From Ilumatobacteraceae bacterium (GTDB lineage Bacteria > Actinomycetota > Acidimicrobiia > Acidimicrobiales > Ilumatobacteraceae), in the NCBI GenBank assembly GCA_049454855.1, contig JBMUAQ010000002.1, forward strand, positions 1 to 56,224: DNA of 56,224 nucleotides. The letters run 5' to 3'. The notes under the pieces were generated by a model. That model saw only the letters and a list, made by a program, of their open reading frames with translations. It ran no database searches and was not told the origin of the DNA. Numbering within the stretch: position 1 is the stretch's first letter; each line of letters opens with the position of its first letter. This document shows positions 26,775 to 35,919 of this stretch, one piece after another. Position numbers and translations under genes: made by a program.

Positions 26775-29339
26775 CTATCGGCTGGGTCGCACGCGGCGGC
26801 GGCGCGTTGCCGCGGTGCCGCCCACGATCATCACCGCCGCGAGCGCGAGCATCGTGCGGGCGTTCACACCTGACTGCGGGATGGCCTGCTTTACCTTCAC
26901 CTCGGCCACCGGCGCGATTTCGGCCGCTGCCAGCTGCGGAGCGGCCGTGGTCGTGGTGGTCGTTGTGGTCGGTGCCGCAGGAGCGACGGTGGTGGTTGAC
27001 GCAGCCGCAGCAACCTGCGAACCCGCGGCCAGTGTGGTGAACGACCCCGTCAGGGACACGCTGCGTCCGCGCGCGTTCGTGGCCTGGATCTGCACCGGGT
27101 AGGTGGTGCTCGGGGTGAGGCCCGTGAGCGGCAGCTGCAGACGACCGCCGGACGTGGTGGGGCTGAACGTCACCCATGTCTGGCCGTTGTCGATCGAGTA
27201 CCGGTAGTCCTGCAGCGCGGAACCGCCGTCATCTGTGGGCATAAGGAAGTTCACGTTCGCAGTGGTCGTGGCCGGCACCGCTTTCAGGTCACCCGGTGCG
27301 GACGGCGGTGTCTGGGCGATGATGTTCTGCGGGCACGAGCCACCGGTGCCGATGGTGAGCGACCGTGAGTGGCTGTAGGTGCTGGACCCGCCGGTGGCAT
27401 CCACCAGGTTGCCGGTGAGCCCCGTGACCACCGGGCAGCTCGATGACGTGACGAGCGTGGTGCTGATGCACAGCTCGGGGCCCTTGCCCACGTAGTCCAG
27501 CTGGATGGTGGCCGACGTGATGTTGCCGCCGGTGACGTTGCTGAAGCGGAAGTTGAACGTGGGGCGCGACGTGGACTGTGCCACGTCGAGACCTGTCATG
27601 TTCAACGGTGTGCCCACGCTGACCGGCTTGTCGACCCAACCGGCAACCGCGTTGCCGTTGGCATCACGCACGGTGAGCGCGATGGAACCCGCCGTTCCCG
27701 TTCCCGCAACGGAGGCAAGGCGGAGCTGCTTCCATTCGTCCACGGAGTCATTCGAGGTGCAGGTGTAGCGGGGCGCGAACGAGCTCGGCTGCAGGGTGAT
27801 CACCGGGTTGCCGGTGCAGTTCGGGGCTCCGGTGCGGGTGTCGAAGATGCCGATTCGACCGGGGTCGGAGTTCCACCATACGCACGACGGGTTGTTCGGG
27901 TCGGCGCGGAGCGCGTAGCGCGAGGTGTAGTTGTCGGGCGTGGTGTCGAAGCCGGCACACGCGGCGTTCGTGGAGTAATCGAAGCAGTAGACCTCCGCAT
28001 TCGACAGCACTGTGTGCATGAAGGCCCGGCCGTCTGTCGCCTCGAACCGACCGTAGTTTGCGGCACTGCCGTTACCGCTGGCTGCCCATGGAGTGATGCT
28101 GTGGGGGTTCACCCAGGCCGGGCTGGGGAGTGAGCCGTCGAGCTTCAGACAGAAGGTGCGCATGCAGACACCGTCGATGGCGCCCGTCGAGTTCATGTGT
28201 GCCACGGGTGGGAAGGCGGCAGCGGTCTGCGAAATGGACGTGTACGAAACCGGCCATGCCCCGGCACAGGCTGCAAGGGTGGACGATTCGTAGCAGCTCA
28301 AGTGAGAATCGGAGGTCACGAACACCTTGTTTCCGAGCGGGTACACATGTGCCCAGCTGCCGTTCGCACCGGCCGTGCCCAAAAGCGACACCGGTGAGTT
28401 CGAACACGCAGCACCCGTCACCGGATCGAGGCACAAGAGCTTCATGCCAATGGTCTCGACCCCGAACAGGCGACCACCGATTCCCTCGGCATTCGACAGA
28501 TACGCGTAGTTCAAGACCGTCGAGTTCCCCAGTTGGATGAACCCGCACGAGACAGGTCGCGTGGCGGTGACGTCGATACACAGTGCTCCCGGGTACCTGC
28601 TGCCGGACGATTGTGCAGTGAAGGCATAGAGCTTGCCCGAGGCCATGTCGGCCCAGCCGCCGGACCGGTTGCTTGTGACGTAGCCGGAAAACTGTGACCC
28701 GTCTGCGCTGGCAGACGCTTCGACGGTGGGCGCGTAGCCCGGGCAGAGCGTCCCCGTTGTACGAAGGAGACAGTTCAGGCGAATTTCGGATCCGTTGTGG
28801 TGGAAGATGTTGTACACGTAGTTGTCGTAGAGGAACACGTCCCAGCCGTCACCACCCGTGGACCCGGTGAAGGTCGACGCGGGGATCGGAGCCACTGTCT
28901 CGGTGGTGTACTGCTGCGAGTAGCCCACAATCGGGCCGGCAGTCACCGACTTCATGGCGCGCACGTCGGTGACGGTGTTCGCCGGTGACGGCTCGGAGTT
29001 CACCCAGGTGCCCGAGTTGTTTGCCTGGTACTGGATGGTCCAGCCCTCGGGGGCGACTGCGGAACCCGAGTTGTACTTCATGTCAGGGTCGAGGTTGATG
29101 TTCAGCTCGCGGTTGCCCGTGCCCTCCTTCAGCAGGCCGCCGAGACCCACCTTCACCACGCCGTTGTTGTTGACGGTGGAGCCGTCACGGAGAAGGGTCA
29201 CCCCGTTCACCAGGTTCATGGTGGCGCTGGCGCTGCCACCCACTGCCTGCAGCACGCCGGTCTGGCCGACGAACACGAGGGAAACCGCCACCGCCACGGA
29301 GCCGGCAGCGCGGACGAGGTACTTGGGTACTGAATGCAC
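26775..29339 (-). CDS. Secreted, probably cell-wall-anchored surface protein (Cys-pair repeat domain, FN3 domain, Thr-rich stalk, C-terminal sorting signal)
   Basis: GTG start with signal peptide MHSVPKYLVRAAGSVAVAVSLVFVGQTGVLQA. Repeated C-x-D/E-xxT-xxx-C units over aa 190-510. FN3-like region (PSAPGDLKAV..YRYSIDNGQTW..STTYPVQIQATN). Poly-Thr linker. C-terminus AIPQSG, then a hydrophobic helix, then RRRRVRPSR. Confidence 0.8.
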   Translation of the reverse strand: MHSVPKYLVRAAGSVAVAVSLVFVGQTGVLQAVGGSASATMNLVNGVTLLRDGSTVNNNGVVKVGLGGLLKEGTGNRELNINLDPDMKYNSGSAVAPEGWTIQYQANNSGTWVNSEPSPANTVTDVRAMKSVTAGPIVGYSQQYTTETVAPIPASTFTGSTGGDGWDVFLYDNYVYNIFHHNGSEIRLNCLLRTTGTLCPGYAPTVEASASADGSQFSGYVTSNRSGGWADMASGKLYAFTAQSSGSRYPGALCIDVTATRPVSCGFIQLGNSTVLNYAYLSNAEGIGGRLFGVETIGMKLLCLDPVTGAACSNSPVSLLGTAGANGSWAHVYPLGNKVFVTSDSHLSCYESSTLAACAGAWPVSYTSISQTAAAFPPVAHMNSTGAIDGVCMRTFCLKLDGSLPSPAWVNPHSITPWAASGNGSAANYGRFEATDGRAFMHTVLSNAEVYCFDYSTNAACAGFDTTPDNYTSRYALRADPNNPSCVWWNSDPGRIGIFDTRTGAPNCTGNPVITLQPSSFAPRYTCTSNDSVDEWKQLRLASVAGTGTAGSIALTVRDANGNAVAGWVDKPVSVGTPLNMTGLDVAQSTSRPTFNFRFSNVTGGNITSATIQLDYVGKGPELCISTTLVTSSSCPVVTGLTGNLVDATGGSSTYSHSRSLTIGTGGSCPQNIIAQTPPSAPGDLKAVPATTTANVNFLMPTDDGGSALQDYRYSIDNGQTWVTFSPTTSGGRLQLPLTGLTPSTTYPVQIQATNARGRSVSLTGSFTTLAAGSQVAAAASTTTVAPAAPTTTTTTTTAAPQLAAAEIAPVAEVKVKQAIPQSGVNARTMLALAAVMIVGGTAATRRRRVRPSR

Positions 29340-29409
29340 AGCCCGAAACTAACAACCAGGGGTGACGAAGGCGAGGGTAGGCGGGGCATTCCCCGCCCGT
29401 GAGGCCCGC

Positions 29410-32349
29410 CTACTTCCCGAGCAGCTGCAGGGCACGCGCCACGAGGTCGCGCGCTTGTGCCTGCTTGGTCTGGTAGCCGGCGAAATCGGGTGGATTCTTC
29501 GCCAGTGCGGCATCCGCCTCGGCGAAGAGTGCCTCGGCCTGCGCCAGCAGTTCCGCCGGCGTGCCGGCGACGGGCGGCGTGGTCCCGCCCGGCACGGTGG
29601 TGGCACCCGGAACCGTGGTGGCCGGTGCGGTGGTCTGGGTGGTGCCACCCACGCGGTCGCCGAGGTCCTTCGAGAAGCCGGGGAACAGGCGGGAGATCAC
29701 GTCGGTGAGGCTGTCACCGATCACGGCGCGGCCGTTGTAGCTGGCCAGCACCTTGCGCACGAACACCTGCTTGGAGTCCGAACCGTCGGGCAGCACGAAC
29801 ATGGGCCGCAGGTACACGAGCCCCTTCGACACCGACACCACCTGCAGGTCGCCGAACATCACGCGCGAGCCGCGCTGGTCGAGCGGCGTGATCACCTGCG
29901 AGATGGAGGGCTCCGACTCGAACTCCGAGGCGATGGTGGCCGGGCCGGGCGGCAGCGGCGTGTCCATCTCGTACACCGTCATCTGCCCGTAGGTCTTCGG
30001 GTCGCTCGACACCACCATGAAGCTGCGCAGCTCCTTGCGGCTGTCGTCGGAGGAGAACGGCACGAACGGCCGCAGCATCGAGAACACGCCGCTGTCGGTG
30101 CCGTCGCCCGGTGCGTGGAAGATCGTGTAGTACGGGGTGAAACGGGCGACGTTCGCATCATCGGCGTTGATCGACTCCGAGCCCGGCATCAACGCGCCGG
30201 GCCCCACCGTGCCGGTGACGGATGACGAGTTGCTCTCCTCTGGCTCCACGGCCGGTGCCTGCGCCACGCTCCATGCGGCGTCACGGTTGAAGAACAGTGT
30301 TGCATCGTCGAACTGGTAGCGGCCGAAGATGTTCGTCTGCACGCGGAAGAGGTCCTCGGGGTAGCGGAAGTGCGCCGCAAGCGCGGGGTCCACGTCGGAG
30401 GCCTTCTTGAACAGCTTCGGGAACGCCGCCTTCCACATGCGCGCGATGGGGTCCTTGGTGTCCATCAGGTAGAAGTCGACCGAACCCGAGTACGCATCGA
30501 CCACCACCTTCACGCTGTTGCGCACGTAGTTGAACGAGTGGTTGAGGTTGCTGTCGGCACCGAGCTGGGAGGTGTTGGCCATCTCCGCGTACGGGTAGCG
30601 GTCGGTGGTGGTGAACGCGTCGATCACCCACTTGATCTCGCCGTCTACCACCACGGGGTAGGGGTCGGCGTCGTAGTGCAGGAAGGGTGCGATCTTGCTC
30701 ACGCGCTCGCGGATGTCGCGGATCCACAGGAACCGCGAGTCGTCGCGCACGAGACTGGAGCCGACGAGGTTGAACTCACCGAAGTTCACCGCAAGGGCCA
30801 CCTTGCGCAGCGTGCTGTCCACCCTGATGCCGGCGTCGGCGTCGAACGAGCTCTCCCCCGCGCCCTCGCACTGCTGTTCCTTCTGGTCGGTGTTCACCAC
30901 CGCGTACGAACCGAGGCCGTCACTGAAGTAGATCTGCGGGCGCGTCACGCCGAGGTCGATGTACTTGGGGCGACCGTCGGTGGTGGCCACGCTGGCCGGT
31001 GCGGCGATCACGCCGCAGCCGTGCGTGTAGATGAGGTGCTGGGACACCCAGGTGCGGTTCGGCAGGCCCGACAGGTTCAGCTCGCGTGCCGCCACCAGCA
31101 CCTGCTGCACCCGCCCGTCGACGGAGTACCGGTCGACGTCGAGGTCGTTCACCGCGTAGAACGACGACAGGCCCTTGTCGAGGGAGAACCGGTCGCGCAT
31201 GCGCACGGGGTCGAGCTGGCGCACGTCGCGCAGCGCGGCATCGTCGGCCTCCACGTCGGCCGCGGTGATGTCGGAGTACGACACCTCCGCCCGCTCCACC
31301 TTGTCGATGCCCATGGCGGCCTTGGTGGCCTCGATGTTGCGCTGGATGTAGGGCAGTTCGCGCGTGCTCACGTTCGGCTGCACCACGAACCGCTGCACCA
31401 GGGCCGGGTACACGGTGCCGGCCACCACGGCCGTCACCACCCACAGGCCGATCCCGAGCGCAGGGAGGCGCCAGCCACGCTGGCGAACGTTCCAGAGCAG
31501 CAGCACGGTGACGGCAAGCGACACGAGCACCATCAGGTTGATGGCGGGGAGCTGTGCGTTCACGTCGGTGTAGAGCGCGCCACGAACCACGCCGCGCTGC
31601 GAGCCCGTCAGCTGGTAGCGCGACAGCCAGTAGTCGGCGGCGCGCAGCAGGGTGCCGCCCGCGATGAGAACCGAGATGTGCACCTTGGCCTGCGGCGACA
31701 CGCGCTGGGTGCGGTCCTGCGGACGGATCGCGCCGTTGATGAAGTGGAAGCCCACGGCGAGAAGCGTGATCAGCACGAGCGCGCCGAATGCCCAGGTCAC
31801 CACGAACTGGGCGAAGGGCAGGCGGAACACGTAGAAGCCCACGTTCGCCCTGAACTGGGGGTCGCCCACGGAGAACGGCTGGCGGTTGCGGAACATCAGC
31901 CAGTTCTGCCACTGGGCCGATGCAGGCAGGCCGAGCATCAGCCCCACCAGCACCGCGATGGCGATGCGCAGCTTGCCGCGGTGACGGGCGGTGGCCTGCC
32001 GGATGCGCATCACTGCCTGGTCCTCCGGGGTGGACGGGAGCGTGAGGGGTGCGAGCCTGTCGGCGAGCAGCAGGTTCACCCACACGAACAGGGCACTGCC
32101 CAGAGCGAACACCGCGGCAAGCTCCGCCTTGCTGCGCAGCACTCCCCAGTACACATCCGTGCGCCCGAGGCTGTCGAACCACAGCACGTTCACGTAGAAC
32201 GACGACAGGCTGCGCGCACTGAAGAGAAGCAGGAGCAACGCGCCGATCACGACGGACACCACGATGCGTCCCTTGCTCGGACGGCGGAACTTCAGCTGCG
32301 GAAAACCGGGGAAGCCGTTGCCGGCGGGGCCGTCACCGGGGGTGCTCAC
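29410..32349 (-). CDS. UPF0182-family large membrane protein
   Basis: 979 aa, GTG start. About 7 N-terminal TM segments with the typical YVNVLWFDSLG opening, then a large extracytoplasmic domain. Confidence 0.9.
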   Translation of the reverse strand: MSTPGDGPAGNGFPGFPQLKFRRPSKGRIVVSVVIGALLLLLFSARSLSSFYVNVLWFDSLGRTDVYWGVLRSKAELAAVFALGSALFVWVNLLLADRLAPLTLPSTPEDQAVMRIRQATARHRGKLRIAIAVLVGLMLGLPASAQWQNWLMFRNRQPFSVGDPQFRANVGFYVFRLPFAQFVVTWAFGALVLITLLAVGFHFINGAIRPQDRTQRVSPQAKVHISVLIAGGTLLRAADYWLSRYQLTGSQRGVVRGALYTDVNAQLPAINLMVLVSLAVTVLLLWNVRQRGWRLPALGIGLWVVTAVVAGTVYPALVQRFVVQPNVSTRELPYIQRNIEATKAAMGIDKVERAEVSYSDITAADVEADDAALRDVRQLDPVRMRDRFSLDKGLSSFYAVNDLDVDRYSVDGRVQQVLVAARELNLSGLPNRTWVSQHLIYTHGCGVIAAPASVATTDGRPKYIDLGVTRPQIYFSDGLGSYAVVNTDQKEQQCEGAGESSFDADAGIRVDSTLRKVALAVNFGEFNLVGSSLVRDDSRFLWIRDIRERVSKIAPFLHYDADPYPVVVDGEIKWVIDAFTTTDRYPYAEMANTSQLGADSNLNHSFNYVRNSVKVVVDAYSGSVDFYLMDTKDPIARMWKAAFPKLFKKASDVDPALAAHFRYPEDLFRVQTNIFGRYQFDDATLFFNRDAAWSVAQAPAVEPEESNSSSVTGTVGPGALMPGSESINADDANVARFTPYYTIFHAPGDGTDSGVFSMLRPFVPFSSDDSRKELRSFMVVSSDPKTYGQMTVYEMDTPLPPGPATIASEFESEPSISQVITPLDQRGSRVMFGDLQVVSVSKGLVYLRPMFVLPDGSDSKQVFVRKVLASYNGRAVIGDSLTDVISRLFPGFSKDLGDRVGGTTQTTAPATTVPGATTVPGGTTPPVAGTPAELLAQAEALFAEADAALAKNPPDFAGYQTKQAQARDLVARALQLLGK

Positions 32350-32360
32350 GGCGCCGAACG

Positions 32361-34358
32361 CTAGCGGTCAGTGGGCGTGATGAGGCAGCGGCAGCCGGCA
32401 TGTGCCATGGGGTGGGTGTGCCCGGTGGGGAACTCCCCGCCCTTCACGATTGCACCCGCGAGCGCGTTGTCGGCACAGTCGGGACAGCAGTCGTTCGCGG
32501 GGTCGACCGTCCATGCCACGGTGGCGGAGGGGTCGAGCGACAGGTACGCACCCGCGTTGTGCGCTGCGTGCACGGTGTCGGCGGCATGCTCGTCGATGCC
32601 CGACATCTTCCACTTGCGGTACACGTCACGCATCAGGCCCGCCGCGAGGGAGCGGTCGCCCTCGGCCTCACCGAGTGCGACTCGTGCATCCTCACGGAAC
32701 GCAGCAACCAGTCCCTCTGCCACGGCCTTCGCCACGGCGGTGTCGATTGCCTTCCTGGTGACGCGCTTCGGTGTCGCACCTGCACCGCGCACCGACTTCA
32801 CCCCGGCCGAGGCGGCCGTCATCGACTCATCCCCCACCACGGCGGCGTACCGGGCGGCGTGTTCCTTCACGGTGCCGAGCACCGCATCGATCTCCAGCGA
32901 CGCACGCTTGTTGCGCAGGTGCTCGAGTACACCGTTCTGCTCGTCGGCAAGTGCGCGCTTCAGCTTGCGTGCGGCCTGCGCCACCAGAGGCTCCACCGCC
33001 TTGTCCCGCGCGGCGAACACCTTCGGGTCGGCGGCAACGACTGCCGGCTTCTTCTTCGCCGCCGGCTTGGCGGCGGCCGGTCCGGCCTTCTTCTGCTTCG
33101 CGTCATCGGACTTCGCAGCCGTCTGTGCGGGCTTCGCCACCTGTTCGGTGCTCGACTCGCGCAGCTTCGCGAAGATGTCGTCCACTGTGTGGTCGGCGCG
33201 GACCGGTGCCTTCTCCCTCGGCGGGTGTGCGTCCTCCGTGGACGGATGTGAATCGTCGCGCGGCAGGTCGGGCACGGCATGCGGCCGGCGGTCGAACAAC
33301 GACACCACGTTGGTGGCCGGGGCAACAGGCTCCGCGGACTCGTGGTCGAGCTCCCCCGCCGGCTCCACGGCTGATACCTCGGTCACTGTTTCGATGATCA
33401 CGTCCTCGGGAACTTCGACGGTCTCCTCGTACGCCGGCTCATCGGCAACCACGACGGGCAGGTCGTGCACCTCCGCCTCCGTCTGCACCTCCAGCACCTG
33501 CCCGGAGTCCGCGGACGCGGGCTCGTCAGCCTCGAGAATCGACTCGAGCGGGATGTCAATCGTGGCAGTGGACCGCTCCACCAGCTCCTCGGCTGCCGCG
33601 GCGGCCGAGGCGAGTTCGTGCTCGGCCTCCTGGTCGTACGCGCCGACCGACGGATGGTGCGGGTTCACGACAGGAATCGGCCCTGTCGTGGGTGACAGGT
33701 TCACGAGCGTTTCTGGCTCGTCGTGCGCCCCGTGCAGCTCGCCGAGCACGCTCTCGGTGGCGATGCGCGCACGCTCGAACGCCGACATCAGGCGGTCGCG
33801 GCCGTGCAGCAACTGCTCGATCTGTGCGCGTGCGGCATCACGGCGGCGGGAAAGTTCGGAGAGAACCTTCTCGCGGTACGCGCGCGCCTCGTTCACCATG
33901 TCGCGGCCCTGCTGCTTGGCCATCTCCACCTCGGAGTTGGCGTCCGCCGCGGCATCGTCACGGATGCGCTGTGCGTCGGAGTGCGCGGCCTCGCGGATGC
34001 GGGACGCGTCCTCGGTGGCCTCCTTCACCAGGCGGGTGGCGGATTCCTCGGCCCGCTCGCGGATCGTGATGCTCGCTTCGCGTGCGGTGGTGAGCACGCG
34101 GGCGGCCTCCTCACCGAGGAGGGCGGTGACGGTCTCCTCATCGAGGCGCCCGGGCCCCGACAGGCCACGGGTCTGCATGGCCTTCAGTTCGCTCTCGAGG
34201 AACCTTTCCCTCTCCTGCAGACGGCCGAGCTCGGCGGCCACCATGCGCAGGAAATCGCGCACCTCCTCCTGGTCGAACCCACGGCGTGACGTGGGGAACG
34301 ACGCACCGCTCACCGCGGACGGCGAGGAGGGATCGGGGCGGGAGAAAGAAATGGCCAT
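32361..34358 (-). CDS. DivIVA-domain protein fused to a phage MuF (head-morphogenesis)-like C-terminal domain
   Basis: Trimmed to ATG (complement of 34356-34358). N-terminus FPTSRRGFDQEEVRDFLRMVAAELGRLQERERFLESELKAM (DivIVA). Acidic and Lys/Ala-rich linkers. C-terminus WTVDPANDCCPDCADNALAGAIVKGGEFPTGHTHPMAHAGCRCLITP (CxxC...H..CRC, as in MuF / SPP1 gp7 family proteins). Confidence 0.8.
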   Translation of the reverse strand: MAISFSRPDPSSPSAVSGASFPTSRRGFDQEEVRDFLRMVAAELGRLQERERFLESELKAMQTRGLSGPGRLDEETVTALLGEEAARVLTTAREASITIRERAEESATRLVKEATEDASRIREAAHSDAQRIRDDAAADANSEVEMAKQQGRDMVNEARAYREKVLSELSRRRDAARAQIEQLLHGRDRLMSAFERARIATESVLGELHGAHDEPETLVNLSPTTGPIPVVNPHHPSVGAYDQEAEHELASAAAAAEELVERSTATIDIPLESILEADEPASADSGQVLEVQTEAEVHDLPVVVADEPAYEETVEVPEDVIIETVTEVSAVEPAGELDHESAEPVAPATNVVSLFDRRPHAVPDLPRDDSHPSTEDAHPPREKAPVRADHTVDDIFAKLRESSTEQVAKPAQTAAKSDDAKQKKAGPAAAKPAAKKKPAVVAADPKVFAARDKAVEPLVAQAARKLKRALADEQNGVLEHLRNKRASLEIDAVLGTVKEHAARYAAVVGDESMTAASAGVKSVRGAGATPKRVTRKAIDTAVAKAVAEGLVAAFREDARVALGEAEGDRSLAAGLMRDVYRKWKMSGIDEHAADTVHAAHNAGAYLSLDPSATVAWTVDPANDCCPDCADNALAGAIVKGGEFPTGHTHPMAHAGCRCLITPTDR

Positions 34359-34434
34359 GGCCCGTACAGAGTAGGGCTGTGGATAACGCCGGTGGTGGCA
34401 TTCCGGCCCGCTCCCACGGGGCGATCGATCCGGC

Positions 34435-35607
34435 TCAGCCGGCGGGAAGAGGGTCCCCGCCGTTGGCACGCAGGGCGGCGAGGGCCGCGTTCAGGTCGGC
34501 AACCTGCACGATCTCGAGGCCCGGTCCGGCAGCCCGCCGTGCTGCGGCAACCTCGTCGTCGGTCTGGCCTGCCGGCACCAGGAACAGCGTTGCGCCCGCA
34601 TCACGTGCCGCAACCGCCTTCTGGCGCAACGCACCGATCGCACCCACTTCCTCGTTCTCCGACATCGTGCCCGTGGCCACCACCAGGCCGCGGCCGGTGA
34701 GGTTGCCCGGGCTGAGGTCATCGAGCAGGGCGAGCGTGAACGCGAGCCCCGCCGACGGCCCGCCGATGTCGGTGGTGGTGATGTTCACCTCGAAGGGAAG
34801 CGTGACCGAGCGCGTGTCGGCCGGCACGAAGCCGATGATCGCGCGCCCCTTGTCCTCCGGGTGTTCCATCAGCGCGACGGTGCGCTTCTCCCACGACTTC
34901 TCGTCGTCGGGCTCGGTGCCGTGCGGGGCGACGGTGAGTTCCACCCTGTCGCCGATGCCGCGGCCCTCCATCGCCGCGGCGAGAGCGGTGAGGTTCTTCA
35001 CCTCCGTGCCGTCGAAGCGCACGATCGTGTCGCCGACCGCCAGCACCCTGCACGCGGAGTCGGTGTCCGGCCTGTCGGCGCACACGAGCTCACTGACCGT
35101 GATCTCGCCCTCGTTGAACGACGCGTCGAGACCGAGGCGCTTCATCGCCACGTACTCGGCCACCTGCTTCGCGGTGAACATCGACTGGAAGCCGATCTGG
35201 CGGTTGGTCTCCGGCGTGCGCGTTCCGAAGTGCTCCTCGTAGGTGTCGACCTGCACATCCGGGTCGAGCCAACCGATCACGGCATCCAGCGCCGACAACT
35301 GGCCGCCGAATGCGGTGACGAAGCGGACGCTGTTCGGGGCGGGGTGCCTCTGCGGCACGGTGTCATTCGAGCCCTCGTTCGCCCCGAACGAGATTCGTCG
35401 TGACACCGGCATCGCCTCGCCGGGAGCCAGTTCCCACCGCTCGATCCGCACGGTTGCCATCACCAGAACTGCGGCAAGTGCCAACCAACCCACCGTCACG
35501 AACGGCACGGCCGCCACCAACCAGCGGGTGCCGGGTGTGGTGGGCGCGGGCAGCGCGTCGGGGGGCGGGGGTACGCTGTCGTTCGTCATGTCCGTGTCGT
35601 CCGCCAT
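34435..35607 (-). CDS. PDZ-domain / Lon-like (S16) serine protease, membrane-anchored
   Basis: Trimmed to ATG (complement of 35605-35607). One TM segment, a PDZ region (LAVGDTIVRFDGTEV), and a Lon C-terminal motif DIGGPSAGLAFTLALLD with the downstream Lys in LRQKAVAA. Confidence 0.85.
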   Translation of the reverse strand: MADDTDMTNDSVPPPPDALPAPTTPGTRWLVAAVPFVTVGWLALAAVLVMATVRIERWELAPGEAMPVSRRISFGANEGSNDTVPQRHPAPNSVRFVTAFGGQLSALDAVIGWLDPDVQVDTYEEHFGTRTPETNRQIGFQSMFTAKQVAEYVAMKRLGLDASFNEGEITVSELVCADRPDTDSACRVLAVGDTIVRFDGTEVKNLTALAAAMEGRGIGDRVELTVAPHGTEPDDEKSWEKRTVALMEHPEDKGRAIIGFVPADTRSVTLPFEVNITTTDIGGPSAGLAFTLALLDDLSPGNLTGRGLVVATGTMSENEEVGAIGALRQKAVAARDAGATLFLVPAGQTDDEVAAARRAAGPGLEIVQVADLNAALAALRANGGDPLPAG

Positions 35608-35704
35608 TCTTGCCTCGTCGCTTGCGTCTTCCACGGCGGGAACCACGGTGCGGGCACTGTGGGTGATGGCGCTGGCGCTCGTTGCCCTCGCGGCCGTCAC
35701 CCGA

Positions 35705-35914
35705 ATGAAGCCCGCCGGCCCGCGCCGCGCTGCCGTGGTGAGGGTCGACCACAAGGCGGCACCTCTCTACCGTGCACCCGAACCGCGCCGGGTCCGGCGT
35801 TCCGTGCTTGCGCTTGCCGGCGGGTCGGTGGTGGTCGGCGCGGCTCTCGCGACCGTCGCCGGGTTCGTGTTCGCCCTCGTCCTGAACCTCGTCGGCGACC
35901 TTCTGCGCTCGTAG
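35705..35914 (+). CDS. Possible small membrane protein (69 aa)
   Basis: ATG 35705. Third codon positions are strongly G/C-biased, like real genes here. C-terminal TM segment VLALAGGSVVVGAALATVAGFVFALVLNLVG. Ends 5 nt before the next gene. No recognisable family. Confidence 0.35.
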   Translation: MKPAGPRRAAVVRVDHKAAPLYRAPEPRRVRRSVLALAGGSVVVGAALATVAGFVFALVLNLVGDLLRS

Positions 35915-35919
35915 GAACC

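Noticed and set aside
26925-27000. Short GTGGT/GTCGT-rich repetitive DNA that might be taken for a tandem repeat or CRISPR-like element
   Set aside because: It is the reverse complement of ACC/ACG codons encoding the poly-Thr stalk (TTTTTTTT) of the surface protein. There is no repeat-spacer structure. I saw no CRISPR array anywhere in the window.
30370-32364. 664-aa plus-strand ORF (and 30920..32182 minus, out of frame) over UPF0182
   Set aside because: The UPF0182 frame has the characteristic N-terminal TM region and a continuous 979-aa reading frame. The alternatives are low-complexity shadows.
32371-34374. 667-aa plus-strand Ser/Ala-rich ORF opposite the DivIVA-MuF gene
   Set aside because: It mirrors the Ala/Glu/Arg-rich coiled-coil gene on the other strand. 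The minus frame carries both the DivIVA and the CxxC..CRC motifs.
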